Position numbers and translations under genes: made by a program. A stretch of 64,000 bases of DNA from Lysobacterales bacterium (GTDB taxonomy: Bacteria > Pseudomonadota > Gammaproteobacteria > Xanthomonadales > SZUA-36). The DNA lies in contig DATDPS010000056.1 of the NCBI GenBank assembly GCA_035292625.1, positions 12,250 through 76,249 of the forward strand, read 5' to 3'. The stretch's first letter is position 1, and each line of letters begins with the position of its first letter. Below, one piece after another: positions 11,382 to 21,506 of this stretch. The notes under the pieces were generated by a model. That model was not told where the DNA came from. It did not search any database and was given only the letters and a program-made list of their open reading frames with translations.

Positions 11382-11900
11382 TCAGGACTCGTCTGAATCG
11401 GTACCGGTGGCAGTTCCGCCCTTGTTGTTATCAGTCGATTCAGCGGCTTCGCCATCCAGCACCGGAACATCCTCATCCGTCTGCTCTTGCTGGATCATTG
11501 CGTCCCCGCCCTGGTCCTCATCGACCTGAAGCGTCGGCAGGTCCTCCTGCGCATTTTCGTCCGCTTCCTGCCCGCTTTCGGCGGCCATCTCTTCGGCGAC
11601 AGTCCCGGTTTCCTCGGCGGCAGCAGAGACAACACCAAGGTTTACCTCCGGGGACGCATCCATGCGGGACACCATGACAGCCATGGTCAGACTGATGGCG
11701 CAGAACAAAACCGCCAGGACCCAGGTGGACTTGCTGAGAAAGGTTCCGGCGCCACGCGCGCCAAAAACCGTACCCGAAGCACCACTGCCGAATGCCGCAC
11801 CGGCTGTAGCGCCGGCACCTCTTTGAACCAGAACCAAAGCAACCATTGCAATGGCGATCAGTACGTGGAAGATATTCAGAACAACCATGTTATTTTCCAT
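11382..11900 (-). CDS. secG: Preprotein translocase subunit SecG with long acidic C-terminal extension
   Basis: The SecG core is present: VLNIFHVLIAIAMVALVLVQRGAGATAGAAFGSGASGTVFGARGAGTFLSKSTWVLAVLF. The start is M at 11900 or 11888, next to the tpiA stop at 11890. An Asp/Glu-rich tail of about 80 aa follows the core. Confidence 0.85.
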   Translation of the reverse strand: MENNMVVLNIFHVLIAIAMVALVLVQRGAGATAGAAFGSGASGTVFGARGAGTFLSKSTWVLAVLFCAISLTMAVMVSRMDASPEVNLGVVSAAAEETGTVAEEMAAESGQEADENAQEDLPTLQVDEDQGGDAMIQQEQTDEDVPVLDGEAAESTDNNKGGTATGTDSDES

Positions 11901-12666
11901 CCGTCCGTTGTTTACACAAGGCAGCGTCACGAATGGCGATGAATTCCTCTGTTTTCAAAGAGGCCCCGCCAACCAACCCGCCGTCTATGTCTTCCCGGGT
12001 GAATAATTCGGCGGCGTTGAAACCATTTACGCTGCCGCCGTACAAGATGCGTATTTGACCGGCTATTGTATCATCCAGTGCCCGGAGTTTGTCACGTATG
12101 AATGCATGGATTTGTTGAGCCTGGTCAGGTGTTGCGGTTTTCCCGGTACCAATGGCCCATACCGGTTCATAAGCAAGCATCGCGGATGCCAGCGAATCGA
12201 TTCCACACCGTTCCAACACTGCATCGATCTGGCGCTGCACTATGCTTTGGGTTTCGCCACGCTCCCTTTGTTCAAGGGTTTCACCCACGCAGAGTATGGG
12301 TTCAAGGCCGGCCAGCTGGGCGGCTTCGAACCGGAGGGCAATGCCTGCATCACTTTCCCCAAAAAGCGTGCGCCGTTCCGAGTGTCCAACAAGCACGTAA
12401 CGGCAGCCAAAATCGAGCAGCATTGAGGCTGAAACCTCGCCGGTAAATGCGCCTTGAGGAGCCGGATGGATAGTTTGCCCTCCCCAGGCAATGGGGCCGC
12501 CACGCAACAGCTTCTGTGTGCGCTGCAGATAGGGAAACGGCGGAAAGACCGCGAGGTCAACAGAATCATCCTCCGCCGTCCGCGCCATCAGCCCCTTCAG
12601 CAGCGTGTCCACCATGGCCTTGCTGCCATTCATCTTCCAATTACCAGCAACCAGCTTCTTCCGCAT
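11890..12666 (-). CDS. tpiA: Triosephosphate isomerase
   Basis: The ORF runs to 12756, but the conserved N-terminus MRKKLVAGNWKMNGS starts at 12666. Motifs VGHSERR and AYEPVWAIGTG are present. Confidence 0.93.
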   Translation of the reverse strand: MRKKLVAGNWKMNGSKAMVDTLLKGLMARTAEDDSVDLAVFPPFPYLQRTQKLLRGGPIAWGGQTIHPAPQGAFTGEVSASMLLDFGCRYVLVGHSERRTLFGESDAGIALRFEAAQLAGLEPILCVGETLEQRERGETQSIVQRQIDAVLERCGIDSLASAMLAYEPVWAIGTGKTATPDQAQQIHAFIRDKLRALDDTIAGQIRILYGGSVNGFNAAELFTREDIDGGLVGGASLKTEEFIAIRDAALCKQRTDGK

Positions 12667-12798
12667 GATGTATTCCTCGCAGGCGGGCGGTAGGATACCC
12701 ATGGTGCCATAACACCGCAACGTGCGTCTGGCCGTCCGGCTTGGTTCCGTAGCCACCGGGCACCGCTGTAAACTGCGTTAACTTTCAACAAACCGCTG

Positions 12799-13656
12799 AT
12801 GGAGATGGATTTGCAACACAACCCTGCAAAGCTTGAAACGACGGCAGGCTGGGCCCTGGTCACTGGAGCATCGGCAGGTCTCGGTACAGAATTTTGCCGC
12901 CAGTTGGCCCGGCGTGGTTACAACCTGGTACTGGTGGCGCGACGAGAGGACCGGCTACATGAACTTGCACGCCAGTTGCGGCAACAATTCAACGTGGACA
13001 CACGGGTTCATGGCGTGGATTTGTCCCATCCTGGCGCGGCTGCACAGCTGACCAGCCAACTGCAGGAACAGGGTGTGATCGTGGAAGTACTGGTAAACAA
13101 TGCAGGTTATGGCCTGGCCGGCCACTATGTGGATGTGCCCTGGAAGGACCATGCGATTTTTATCCAGGTGATGGTGACCGCCGTTTGCGACTTGACCAGG
13201 CAGTTGATTCCAGCGATGCAGGCTACGGGCCAAGGCTACATCATAAACGTGGCCTCCCTCGCCGGCTTGGTGCCTGGTTCAGCCGGCCACACGCTTTACG
13301 CAGCCAGCAAATCCTTCCTGATCCGTTTTTCAGAATCATTGGCTCTGGAAAACCAAGGCAGTGGCGTGCATGTTTCTGCCTTGTGCCCAGGCTTTACCTT
13401 TTCCGAGTTCCATGATGTCGCCGGCACGCGTGAAATTGTCAGCAAGTTGCCAGCCTGGATGTGGATGGAGGCCAATGAAGTGGTCAGGTATGGCCTGGAC
13501 TCGGTGTTTCGTGACCCACCACGAGTCCTTGCCATTCCCGGGTCAGTCAACCGCTCGATTGCGCGGTTGGTGCGCTGGTTGCCACCCGCTGCGGCAAATG
13601 CCCTGACACGCCGGATGTCCCGCCGTTTCCGGGCCCAGAAGAGGTCTGCTCAATGA
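12799..13656 (+). CDS. Short-chain dehydrogenase/reductase (SDR) family oxidoreductase
   Basis: TGASAGLG Rossmann motif, NNAG, and the YAASK catalytic motif. It is divergent from tpiA. Confidence 0.8.
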   Translation: MEMDLQHNPAKLETTAGWALVTGASAGLGTEFCRQLARRGYNLVLVARREDRLHELARQLRQQFNVDTRVHGVDLSHPGAAAQLTSQLQEQGVIVEVLVNNAGYGLAGHYVDVPWKDHAIFIQVMVTAVCDLTRQLIPAMQATGQGYIINVASLAGLVPGSAGHTLYAASKSFLIRFSESLALENQGSGVHVSALCPGFTFSEFHDVAGTREIVSKLPAWMWMEANEVVRYGLDSVFRDPPRVLAIPGSVNRSIARLVRWLPPAAANALTRRMSRRFRAQKRSAQ

Positions 13657-13676
13657 ATTTTTGCACAGGGGCTTGA

Positions 13677-14129
13677 ATGATGTCCAGACACAAGGCAGTC
13701 ATTGCCTGGAAGCTGGAGTCGACTGATTTCAGTTATGAAAATTATAACCGCAGCCATGAATGGCGCTTTGAAAACGGCACCGTCATCCCGGCATCGGCGG
13801 CACCGGATTTTCGCGGTACCCCCGACCGGGTGGATCCGGAGGAGGCCTATGTTGCTGCTCTATCCGCTTGCCACATGCTTACGTTCCTGGCCATTTGTGC
13901 CCGGCGCGGCATCCCCGTGAGCCAATACCTGGATGAGGCGGTGGGGTACCTGGCAAAAGGCCCTGACGGTAAACTGGTGATTACGCGGGTCGACCTGTCC
14001 CCGCGCATCCTGTTTGGCGCGGAACCGCCATCTGAGGAAGAACTGCGCGCCTTGCATGAGCAATCGCACGGGGAGTGCTTCGTTGCCAATTCCGTACGCA
14101 CCGAGATACGCGTCCTGAACGGGTTTTAA
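13677..14129 (+). CDS. OsmC/Ohr-family protein
   Basis: 150 aa with an OsmC-like pattern containing two Cys (ALSACHMLTF ... HGECFVANS). Confidence 0.65.
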   Translation: MMSRHKAVIAWKLESTDFSYENYNRSHEWRFENGTVIPASAAPDFRGTPDRVDPEEAYVAALSACHMLTFLAICARRGIPVSQYLDEAVGYLAKGPDGKLVITRVDLSPRILFGAEPPSEEELRALHEQSHGECFVANSVRTEIRVLNGF

Positions 14130-14187
14130 CTCGCCGCTGATGGGCAAAAGCCGGGCAACAAGACCATCCGGAAAAGTTTGAAATAAC

Positions 14188-15555
14188 TCAAGCCCCAGCG
14201 ACGATCAAGTGATCAACCAACACCGATCCGCAGTGAACATTGCCGCGTGTGTCCAGGTCCGCCCCGGCAGCGGTCAGGTCCAGGAATATGTCACGCAAGT
14301 TCCCGGCAATGGTGACTTCTTCGACCGGGTAACTGATCTCGCCATTTGCCACCATGAAACCGGAAGCGCCCCGGGAGTAATCTCCTGTCACCAGGTTTAC
14401 TCCCTGGCCCATGACTTCGGTGACCAGGAAACCTGAATGCATTTCATTGACCAGGTCTGCAAAGTTTTTACCGCCAGGCTGCATTAGCAGGTTTCTCACG
14501 CCCCCTGAATTTCCCGTGGTCTGCAAGCCCAGGCGGCGGGCAGAATAGCAAGACAGGACGTAGCCTTGCAGGATTCCATCCGCAACAATGTCACGCTCCC
14601 GTGTGGCCACGCCTTCACCATCAAAAGACGCACTTCCGGAGCCGCGCAACAGGTATGGGCGCTCGGCTAACCTCACCCAATCCGGGAAGACGGCCTGTCC
14701 GGCAGCACCTTTCAGAAAAGAGGCATTGCGGTACAAGGCAGAACCGGAAATCGCACTCACCAGGTGCCCGATCAGGCTTTTGGCCACTTCCGGCGCGAGC
14801 AAAACGGACATGTTGCCTGTCTGGAGCTTCTTCGCACCCAGCCTGCGAACCGTGCGGCGAGCCGCTTCACGCCCGGTAATTGCCGGCGCTTCGAGCTCGG
14901 CCAGGTCGCGGCGGCTGTCGTAACTGTAATCACGTTGCATGTTTGCGCCCTTACCCGCGATCAGCACGCAACTCTGGTCGAACCGGGTTCCAGCACTACG
15001 GCCGATAAAGCCGTGTGTGTTCCCATATACGCCCATGCCCAAACCGGCATCGAAAGACGCGCCCTCCGAATTAGTGATCAAAGCTTCTTCACGGCCAGCC
15101 TCTTCGCAAAGCAAGGCGCGCTTTATGGCAGCCTGTGCATCCATCACCGCAGGATGCCAAATATCGAGATCGGGAAACTGCGTTGCCAGAAGCTTTTTAT
15201 CGGCCAGGCCATTACAGGGGTCTTCCTGTGTATAGCGGGCTATCTCCAGCGCTTTATCCACGCAGGATTCAATGGAATTCTGGCCCAGGTCGGCGCTGGT
15301 AGCGTGTCCTTTGCGCCGCCCCATGAGAACACTGACGCTGATCCCCCGATCCTGCATGTGCTCCAGCGTTTCGACCTGGCCCAGCCGGACCGTTACCGAC
15401 AAGCCCTGGCTGGCATATGCCGAAGCTTCCGCTGCAGACGCGCCGGCTTTTTTAGCCCGTTCCAGTGCCCTTTCCACGTGCAACTGCAAAGCATCAAGTT
15501 CCGCATCGCGGTCCAGCTGAGGCTGGGTTACCATGGGTTCTTCAGGCATGAACAC
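14188..15555 (-). CDS. pmbA: Metalloprotease PmbA (TldE)
   Basis: 455 aa of the PmbA/TldD family with a C-terminal GDYSRGASGF-type motif. It is divergent from yjgA, as in E. coli. Confidence 0.85.
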   Translation of the reverse strand: MFMPEEPMVTQPQLDRDAELDALQLHVERALERAKKAGASAAEASAYASQGLSVTVRLGQVETLEHMQDRGISVSVLMGRRKGHATSADLGQNSIESCVDKALEIARYTQEDPCNGLADKKLLATQFPDLDIWHPAVMDAQAAIKRALLCEEAGREEALITNSEGASFDAGLGMGVYGNTHGFIGRSAGTRFDQSCVLIAGKGANMQRDYSYDSRRDLAELEAPAITGREAARRTVRRLGAKKLQTGNMSVLLAPEVAKSLIGHLVSAISGSALYRNASFLKGAAGQAVFPDWVRLAERPYLLRGSGSASFDGEGVATRERDIVADGILQGYVLSCYSARRLGLQTTGNSGGVRNLLMQPGGKNFADLVNEMHSGFLVTEVMGQGVNLVTGDYSRGASGFMVANGEISYPVEEVTIAGNLRDIFLDLTAAGADLDTRGNVHCGSVLVDHLIVAGA

Positions 15556-15563
15556 AAATCCCC

Positions 15564-16145
15564 TTGCAACATTTGTGGTTGAGCGAAATACACGTGACTA
15601 TCGAACCCGATAACAACAACCATTTTGATGAACCGCCGGTGGAAGTGCGGCTGATCAGCAAAAGCCAGCTGAAACGGGATGCGCTGGCCACAAAATCCCT
15701 GGCATCAGAGCTGCTTGGCTTAAACCACTCCCAGCTGCAGAGGCTACCCCTCGACAACGATGTCCTTCTGGCCATCCGGCAGGCCCGAACCATCCGCTCC
15801 CACGGCGCGCGCCGCAGGCAGTTGCAGTACATCGCCAAACTGCTGCGGTACACGGACCCGTCAGCCATTATCGAAGCCGTTGCCGGTTTCCAGGACGAAG
15901 CGCGGGGGCTCACGGCGCGACAGCACCGCTGTGAGGCCTGGCGGGATATCCTGTTGGAAAAGGGCGACGGAGCATTGGCAGGATTGCTGCAACTGCGACC
16001 AGAAATCGATGCGCAAGCCTTGCGTCAACTGGTGCGCAATGCCCAGCGCGAGCACGCAGCCGGCAAGCCCCCGGCCGCAGCACGCGCCCTGTTTCGCGCA
16101 CTGCGTGATATCGACGCGCATCAATCCTTGCCTGCCCGCCAGTGA
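15564..16145 (+). CDS. yjgA: Ribosome-associated protein YjgA/DarP (DUF615)
   Basis: About 190 aa, basic and helical (SKSQLKRDALA, RRRQLQYIAKLLR). The conserved divergent pairing with pmbA is present. The exact start is uncertain. Confidence 0.7.
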   Translation: MQHLWLSEIHVTIEPDNNNHFDEPPVEVRLISKSQLKRDALATKSLASELLGLNHSQLQRLPLDNDVLLAIRQARTIRSHGARRRQLQYIAKLLRYTDPSAIIEAVAGFQDEARGLTARQHRCEAWRDILLEKGDGALAGLLQLRPEIDAQALRQLVRNAQREHAAGKPPAAARALFRALRDIDAHQSLPARQ

Positions 16146-16157
16146 ACCGATCCTGGC

Positions 16158-17600
16158 TCACGTTTCTGTTCCTCCGACCGTTAAGCCATCAATTTTCACG
16201 GTTGGCTGTCCGACTCCCACCGGGACACTCTGGCCGTCCTTGCCACAAACACCTATGCCCGCGTCCAGGCGCAGATCGTTGCCCACCATGGACACCCGGG
16301 TCATGGCCTCCGGCCCATTGCCGATAAGCGTTGCTCCTCTTACGGGGCGGGTAACTTTGCCATTTTCAATGAGATAGGCTTCGCTGGCCGAAAAAACGAA
16401 ACGGCCCGATGTGATATCCACCTGGCCACCTGCAAAATTGACGGCGTAGAGCCCTTTGTCCACGGAAGCGATGATTTCCTCCGGTGCATGTTCTCCAGCC
16501 AGCATGAAGGTATTGGTCATGCGCGGCATGGGCAGGTGGGCAAAGGACTCCCGTCGCCCATTTCCGGTGACAGGCATGTTCATCAGGCCGGCGTTCAACT
16601 TGTCTTGCATGTAGGTCCGCAGAACGCCATTTTCGATCAGCACGGTTTGTTTCGTGACCGTGCCTTCATCGTCCACCGTCAGGGAACCACGGCGGCGTGG
16701 CAAGGACCCATCATCCACTACCGTGACACAACTTGCGGCAACTTTTTCACCCAGCCTGCCGCTGAATGCCGAAGTCCCCTTGCGATTGAAATCGCCCTCC
16801 AGCCCGTGCCCGACAGCTTCGTGCAACAGTACGCCAGGCCAACCGGGGCCAAGCACTACCGTCATCGTCCCGGCTGGAGCCGCATCCGCTTCCAGGTTGA
16901 CCAATGCCTGTCTCACCGCTTCATCGGCGAAGCGCTGCCATGCATTGCCCAGCAACAACTCCCGGTAGGAAAACCGTCCGCCACCGCCATCACTACCCTG
17001 CTCCTTGCGCGCGCCCTGGGTGGCGATCACATTGATGTTGAGACGAACCAGGGGCCGGATATCAGCGGCAAAGGTGCCATCGCTGGCCGCAACCAGGATG
17101 GTTTCGTACGTCGCGGCCAGGCTGGCCACCACTTCGCTCACCCTTGGATCGCTTGACCTGGCATAGGTATCTATCTGCCGCAGCAAGTCGACCTTTTCCT
17201 CCGCCCCCAGCGTATCCATGGGATTTTCCGCTGCATAAAGCGGTGAGCCGCCCGGTTTCTTCCAGGCCTGGATCTGTCCCTGCCGCCCCTGCGTGGCAAT
17301 GGCTCGCGCAGCGTGCGACGCCTGCAATAGCGAAGGCATGATGATTTCGTCGGCGTAGGCGAATCCGGTTTTGTCACCACTGATGGCGCGAATGCCTACA
17401 CCCTTTTCGACCGAGTAACTGCCACTGCGCACCAGTCCATCCTCCAGTGCCCAGGATTCGTGGCTGGCAACCTGGAAATAAAGATCACCCGCGTCCACAG
17501 CCGGTCCCATCAGGTGCGACAGCACACGCTCGAGGGCACGCTGATCCAGACCACCCGGAGCGAGCAGCTCCCGCTGCGCCATTTCAATCATTTCACTCAT
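16158..17600 (-). CDS. tldD: Metalloprotease TldD
   Basis: 480 aa with the [11 protein letters not shown] metal-binding motif. The yhdP-tldD synteny is present. Confidence 0.9.
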   Translation of the reverse strand: MSEMIEMAQRELLAPGGLDQRALERVLSHLMGPAVDAGDLYFQVASHESWALEDGLVRSGSYSVEKGVGIRAISGDKTGFAYADEIIMPSLLQASHAARAIATQGRQGQIQAWKKPGGSPLYAAENPMDTLGAEEKVDLLRQIDTYARSSDPRVSEVVASLAATYETILVAASDGTFAADIRPLVRLNINVIATQGARKEQGSDGGGGRFSYRELLLGNAWQRFADEAVRQALVNLEADAAPAGTMTVVLGPGWPGVLLHEAVGHGLEGDFNRKGTSAFSGRLGEKVAASCVTVVDDGSLPRRRGSLTVDDEGTVTKQTVLIENGVLRTYMQDKLNAGLMNMPVTGNGRRESFAHLPMPRMTNTFMLAGEHAPEEIIASVDKGLYAVNFAGGQVDITSGRFVFSASEAYLIENGKVTRPVRGATLIGNGPEAMTRVSMVGNDLRLDAGIGVCGKDGQSVPVGVGQPTVKIDGLTVGGTET

Positions 17601-17642
17601 GTCTTGTTTCCCTGCGACTCATTCGAATTCATGCGTCTCCTG

Positions 17643-20600
17643 CTATCCCCCGGCATCGTCGTCAGCACGCGGTTCAATCACCGGTTCATCCCAGCTGCCA
17701 GTGATGGTGTATTGCGCCTGGGTGGCGGTGCCGAGTTGTCCCTGCAACAACCCTTGAAGCGCAGCCCCTGCGGCGGCACCGGCCGGCCCGCCCGCTATGG
17801 CGCCAATAATGGGCAACGTATTGCCCACTCCAGGCCGGACAGTCATGAGTTGATCATACCGCTGTGCCACGAGGTCCGTGCTCCCAGTCAAATTGATTTT
17901 TGCCGCCGTGGACGACAACTCCACATCATCCGTACTAGCGGTCCCGTTTTCCAGGTGGAATGTCCCCTTGGCCTCGTCGAAATCAAATCCGGAGTCAAAC
18001 ACGTCCCGGAAATCAAGAGACAGCCGGCGCGGCAGAGCTTGAATACTCAACAAGCCCAACACCCGTCCGGTCCCCGGGCTGGCATTGGCTATCTGGCCCC
18101 CACTGACACTGAATTCAACCTCCCCGTTCAAGCGGGAGAGAGCAAATGTTGCCGGGGACCCGGGCCACCAGGCATTGAAGCGCAGAACGGTTTGCCCTCC
18201 CTGAAGCGCGGAGCTGATGTCCAATGAATGCATCAGTGCTCCAAGAGACTCAGCCGTGATCAGGATATTGAAATCAGAACGTTGCCCTGCGTCACTGAGT
18301 GACCAGTCGCCACTGGCACGAACCCTGAGCTCACCGGACTCACTTTCCACTTTCTCAAAATGAAAACCATTCGATACGGGATACGCTTCGATGCGTGTCT
18401 CGCCCAGTTCAACGCCCGCATAGCTGAAGGAGTGGGCATACAAATGCAAAGCCGGCAAGTTTCCCGGGTTTGCTTCCATATCCACTCCGCTGCTCAGCGG
18501 AACGCCCAGAGCCAGACGTTCGAATTCGGCGGACAGGCTTTGTCCCTTACCGGGGTCAGGCGTGAAAGTCACGTTACCCTCGATGTCTTCGCCGGCAAAC
18601 GTTGCCTTGATATCTGCGTCGTTGATGCTGAGCGATAGGTTGACATTTTCGAACTGTCTGTCGAGGAACCGCAAGCTGCCGGCGGCAAGATCACAGCGCT
18701 CGAGCTTGAGACCGGCAAGGCCCCCGCCGGATCGCGCTGCTTCAATGATGATATCGACCCAGCCATCCAGGTCCAGCGTTGGCGCCAGGCCGTTTATCCG
18801 CGCAAAACCCGGCGGCGGTAAACTGCCCGTGCCATTTCCCAACTGAATCAAAGCCCGTGACAGTGCAACTTCGCCAGTTGACCCACCTGTCGATCTCGGC
18901 AGTTCCAGGCGCAAAAGTATGCGCCCATCCAGTTCTACATCGAGCAAACCTGACGGGCCTTTCAAGGGATAATGCAATACCAAAGGCCAGGACTCACTTT
19001 CTGGCTTGTCAAAAGGCGTGGGAAAATCCAGTGCAATGCCAGCCAGTTCCGACCGGACGAAAAGATCAAGCTGCGACTCCTCACCAGCAACCAGGGCCGG
19101 GACTACGACAGACACCTGCCAGTCGCTTGCGCCTTGCACCCGACCCAGCACCGTACGGGCTTCGAGCAGGAATTCGGGAAGGATGTCCTTGACTTCGAAC
19201 CGGCCGGTCATATCGACGCGAAAACGCTCGGGCGCATCGGTATTTCCTCTCAGTTCAAGCTGGGCATCCTCTCCTTTGAACAGGGCCTTTAACCCGGATC
19301 CCGTCAGTCCCTGCCTGGTGTAATACACTTTGCCGTTGATGGCTTCGAGCACGACACCAGAACCGGGATCCGAAAATTTATTGTCTTGCATTTCCACCTG
19401 GCCATCCACGGACAGCTCACCAGCAGTCCTGCCCAAGGGCACTTGCAGGGAGCCCAGGGTCTCAGCGCGCCCGGAAAATTCGAATCGATCCAGGTTGACC
19501 TCCAACTTCTGCTGCAGGGGTGACCGGGCAAGAAAGCCCATCAGGGTGTCAAGCTGGGACTGTGCTTCATATTCGAGCCGCAACAACGGTTGCTTGAGAT
19601 CTGCAATGGTGGCTGTGACACGCTGCACCGCGACACCGGCAATATCGCCCACCGTGGCTTCAACAGCCAGGGATGGGCCGGTAAACCTGGCAATGGCATC
19701 GACTTTTGTGGCCACGGGCCAGGTTGGCGCGTAATCCAGGCTAGCTGCGTCAATCTGCGCGATGGCCTCGAAGCGACCCAAGCCGCTGCGAAAAGGCCAG
19801 TCGTCCATGTCACCCAGAATCTGGAACCTGCCCGTCACTAAGTCGCCGTCCAACAATCCACGGCGCAACCATTGCACCACGTTGGTTTTCAGTATCCCTT
19901 CAGGCCAGTAAGGGGATAGTTCGCCCAATTTTCCGCGCGACACCTCGACATTCACATCAACGGCGGGGCGCCCATCGTTTCCCGCGAAAAGAGCTTCCCC
20001 ACTGACGGCAATATCTTCATTGAGCAACTGGCACTGCTGCAATCCCACCTGCCAATGCTCGCCCCAGGTGAGATCAATTTCACATCCGGGCAGGCTGAAC
20101 GCCAGGGGCCCGGCAAACATTTGTGGCCACTGCACATCGAGGCGACCGGCATGCAGCGACATATGCCCAAACCCCCGCCGCAGGTCGATGGTGCCGTCGA
20201 GCCCTTGCAGGTCCGGCCATCTCCCCCAGTCTGCGATGCTGGCTTGCCTGGCCGTGCCAAGAGCCAATTGCAGGCGCCAATTGCGATCCAGGATCAGCTC
20301 AAGACCGCTTACACCCCCGGCCGCCGATTTGGGGAGCTTGCTCGGCCAGGGTGTCCCATAAATGGACATTATGTCCCTGGCCAGGCGCAAGGGTACGTCC
20401 AGTGGCAGGTAGTCAGCGCTGATCCAGAGCCCAAGGTTCCGTTCAAGATTCCGGGCCAGGGCAACACTGGGCGCAGTCCATGAATGCACGCCGTCATCAT
20501 AGGCAAGATTGCTGAGATCCAGTCGCCAGTCAGCTTTACCTCCATAGCTCCAGGCCAACCAGGTGTTGAGGTGATCTATCGCGATGCGCTGCTGGCCGTT

Positions 20601-21491
20601 TTCCAGCCGCCCTTTGCGCAAATCAACCACTCCAGACACAGACAACGCCTGGCCGGTACGCCAGTCACACCATAACTCGGCGCTCAATTTTCCTTCCTTG
20701 AGCAGAAATGGATTGGTGGGCAAGCGTTCGTGAACCGGCCCCAGCAGCAACTCGCGAAGCGTCACTTGCCAACGGGCTTCCTCGATGCCCCTGGTTTCAG
20801 CCAGCAGCAGTATGCCGCTGGCATCCACTTCTCCAAATACACGGCCACCGTCTTCGTCAGTGAGTCTTGCCTGGAGTGCCAGGGCGAGGACATTACCATC
20901 GAACTGAACCCGTGCATCAATTTCCGACAGGTTCAAGCGCACGCCATACTTTTCATCGACGTATTCCAGGTTCGAGTTCTCGAGGATCAGTTCGCCGATT
21001 CCCACCAGGCTGCGTAAGCCGGGTGTTTCTCCACTTGCTCCGGTACCAGCAACGCCAAGGCCGGACAGGACGTACTGTCCGTCCGTTGCATGGATCAATT
21101 TGAAGTCGGCGCCTATGACGAGAAAGTTGTACAGCGCGGTACCCGGAATCAACAGGTTCAATGGTTTGATGTCCAGAGCGGCCTTGTCGATGGCGACTTC
21201 CCCAACTCCGCCTGCCCTCGCTTGCAGGCGGAGTCCCTGTAATGACAAACGTGGCCCAAAGGTCTTCCATTCGCCAGTGAAACTCGTCAGAGTGACAACC
21301 TGCCCGAATTCCTTCGACAACCACGCTTCCAGGCGGGGCTGAAAATGCCCACTGTAAGGCATAAGAATCTTGCCAACGCCAACCAGCAGCGCCGCAGAAA
21401 TAACCACGATGGACAGTACTGTCCAAAACAGCGTGCGCAGTCGACGCAAGATGAGAGTCAGGGCCGCCAAGATTGTCCCGTCCGGCGGCAT
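17643..21491 (-). CDS. yhdP: YhdP-family (AsmA-like) large envelope protein
   Basis: 1282 aa with an N-terminal TM anchor (LFWTVLSIVVISAALLV) and a huge beta-rich body. The order rng-yhdP-tldD is the same as in E. coli. Confidence 0.8.
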   Translation of the reverse strand: MPPDGTILAALTLILRRLRTLFWTVLSIVVISAALLVGVGKILMPYSGHFQPRLEAWLSKEFGQVVTLTSFTGEWKTFGPRLSLQGLRLQARAGGVGEVAIDKAALDIKPLNLLIPGTALYNFLVIGADFKLIHATDGQYVLSGLGVAGTGASGETPGLRSLVGIGELILENSNLEYVDEKYGVRLNLSEIDARVQFDGNVLALALQARLTDEDGGRVFGEVDASGILLLAETRGIEEARWQVTLRELLLGPVHERLPTNPFLLKEGKLSAELWCDWRTGQALSVSGVVDLRKGRLENGQQRIAIDHLNTWLAWSYGGKADWRLDLSNLAYDDGVHSWTAPSVALARNLERNLGLWISADYLPLDVPLRLARDIMSIYGTPWPSKLPKSAAGGVSGLELILDRNWRLQLALGTARQASIADWGRWPDLQGLDGTIDLRRGFGHMSLHAGRLDVQWPQMFAGPLAFSLPGCEIDLTWGEHWQVGLQQCQLLNEDIAVSGEALFAGNDGRPAVDVNVEVSRGKLGELSPYWPEGILKTNVVQWLRRGLLDGDLVTGRFQILGDMDDWPFRSGLGRFEAIAQIDAASLDYAPTWPVATKVDAIARFTGPSLAVEATVGDIAGVAVQRVTATIADLKQPLLRLEYEAQSQLDTLMGFLARSPLQQKLEVNLDRFEFSGRAETLGSLQVPLGRTAGELSVDGQVEMQDNKFSDPGSGVVLEAINGKVYYTRQGLTGSGLKALFKGEDAQLELRGNTDAPERFRVDMTGRFEVKDILPEFLLEARTVLGRVQGASDWQVSVVVPALVAGEESQLDLFVRSELAGIALDFPTPFDKPESESWPLVLHYPLKGPSGLLDVELDGRILLRLELPRSTGGSTGEVALSRALIQLGNGTGSLPPPGFARINGLAPTLDLDGWVDIIIEAARSGGGLAGLKLERCDLAAGSLRFLDRQFENVNLSLSINDADIKATFAGEDIEGNVTFTPDPGKGQSLSAEFERLALGVPLSSGVDMEANPGNLPALHLYAHSFSYAGVELGETRIEAYPVSNGFHFEKVESESGELRVRASGDWSLSDAGQRSDFNILITAESLGALMHSLDISSALQGGQTVLRFNAWWPGSPATFALSRLNGEVEFSVSGGQIANASPGTGRVLGLLSIQALPRRLSLDFRDVFDSGFDFDEAKGTFHLENGTASTDDVELSSTAAKINLTGSTDLVAQRYDQLMTVRPGVGNTLPIIGAIAGGPAGAAAGAALQGLLQGQLGTATQAQYTITGSWDEPVIEPRADDDAGG

Positions 21492-21506
21492 GGCAATCCG
21501 GATTGT

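Noticed and set aside
11236-11400. tRNA-Leu and tRNA-Glu (33563-33638) as possible integration sites of genomic islands.
   Set aside because: Both are flanked directly by conserved housekeeping genes (nuoA/secG and pcnB/fdxA). No integrase, direct repeat of the tRNA 3' end, or compositional shift is visible.
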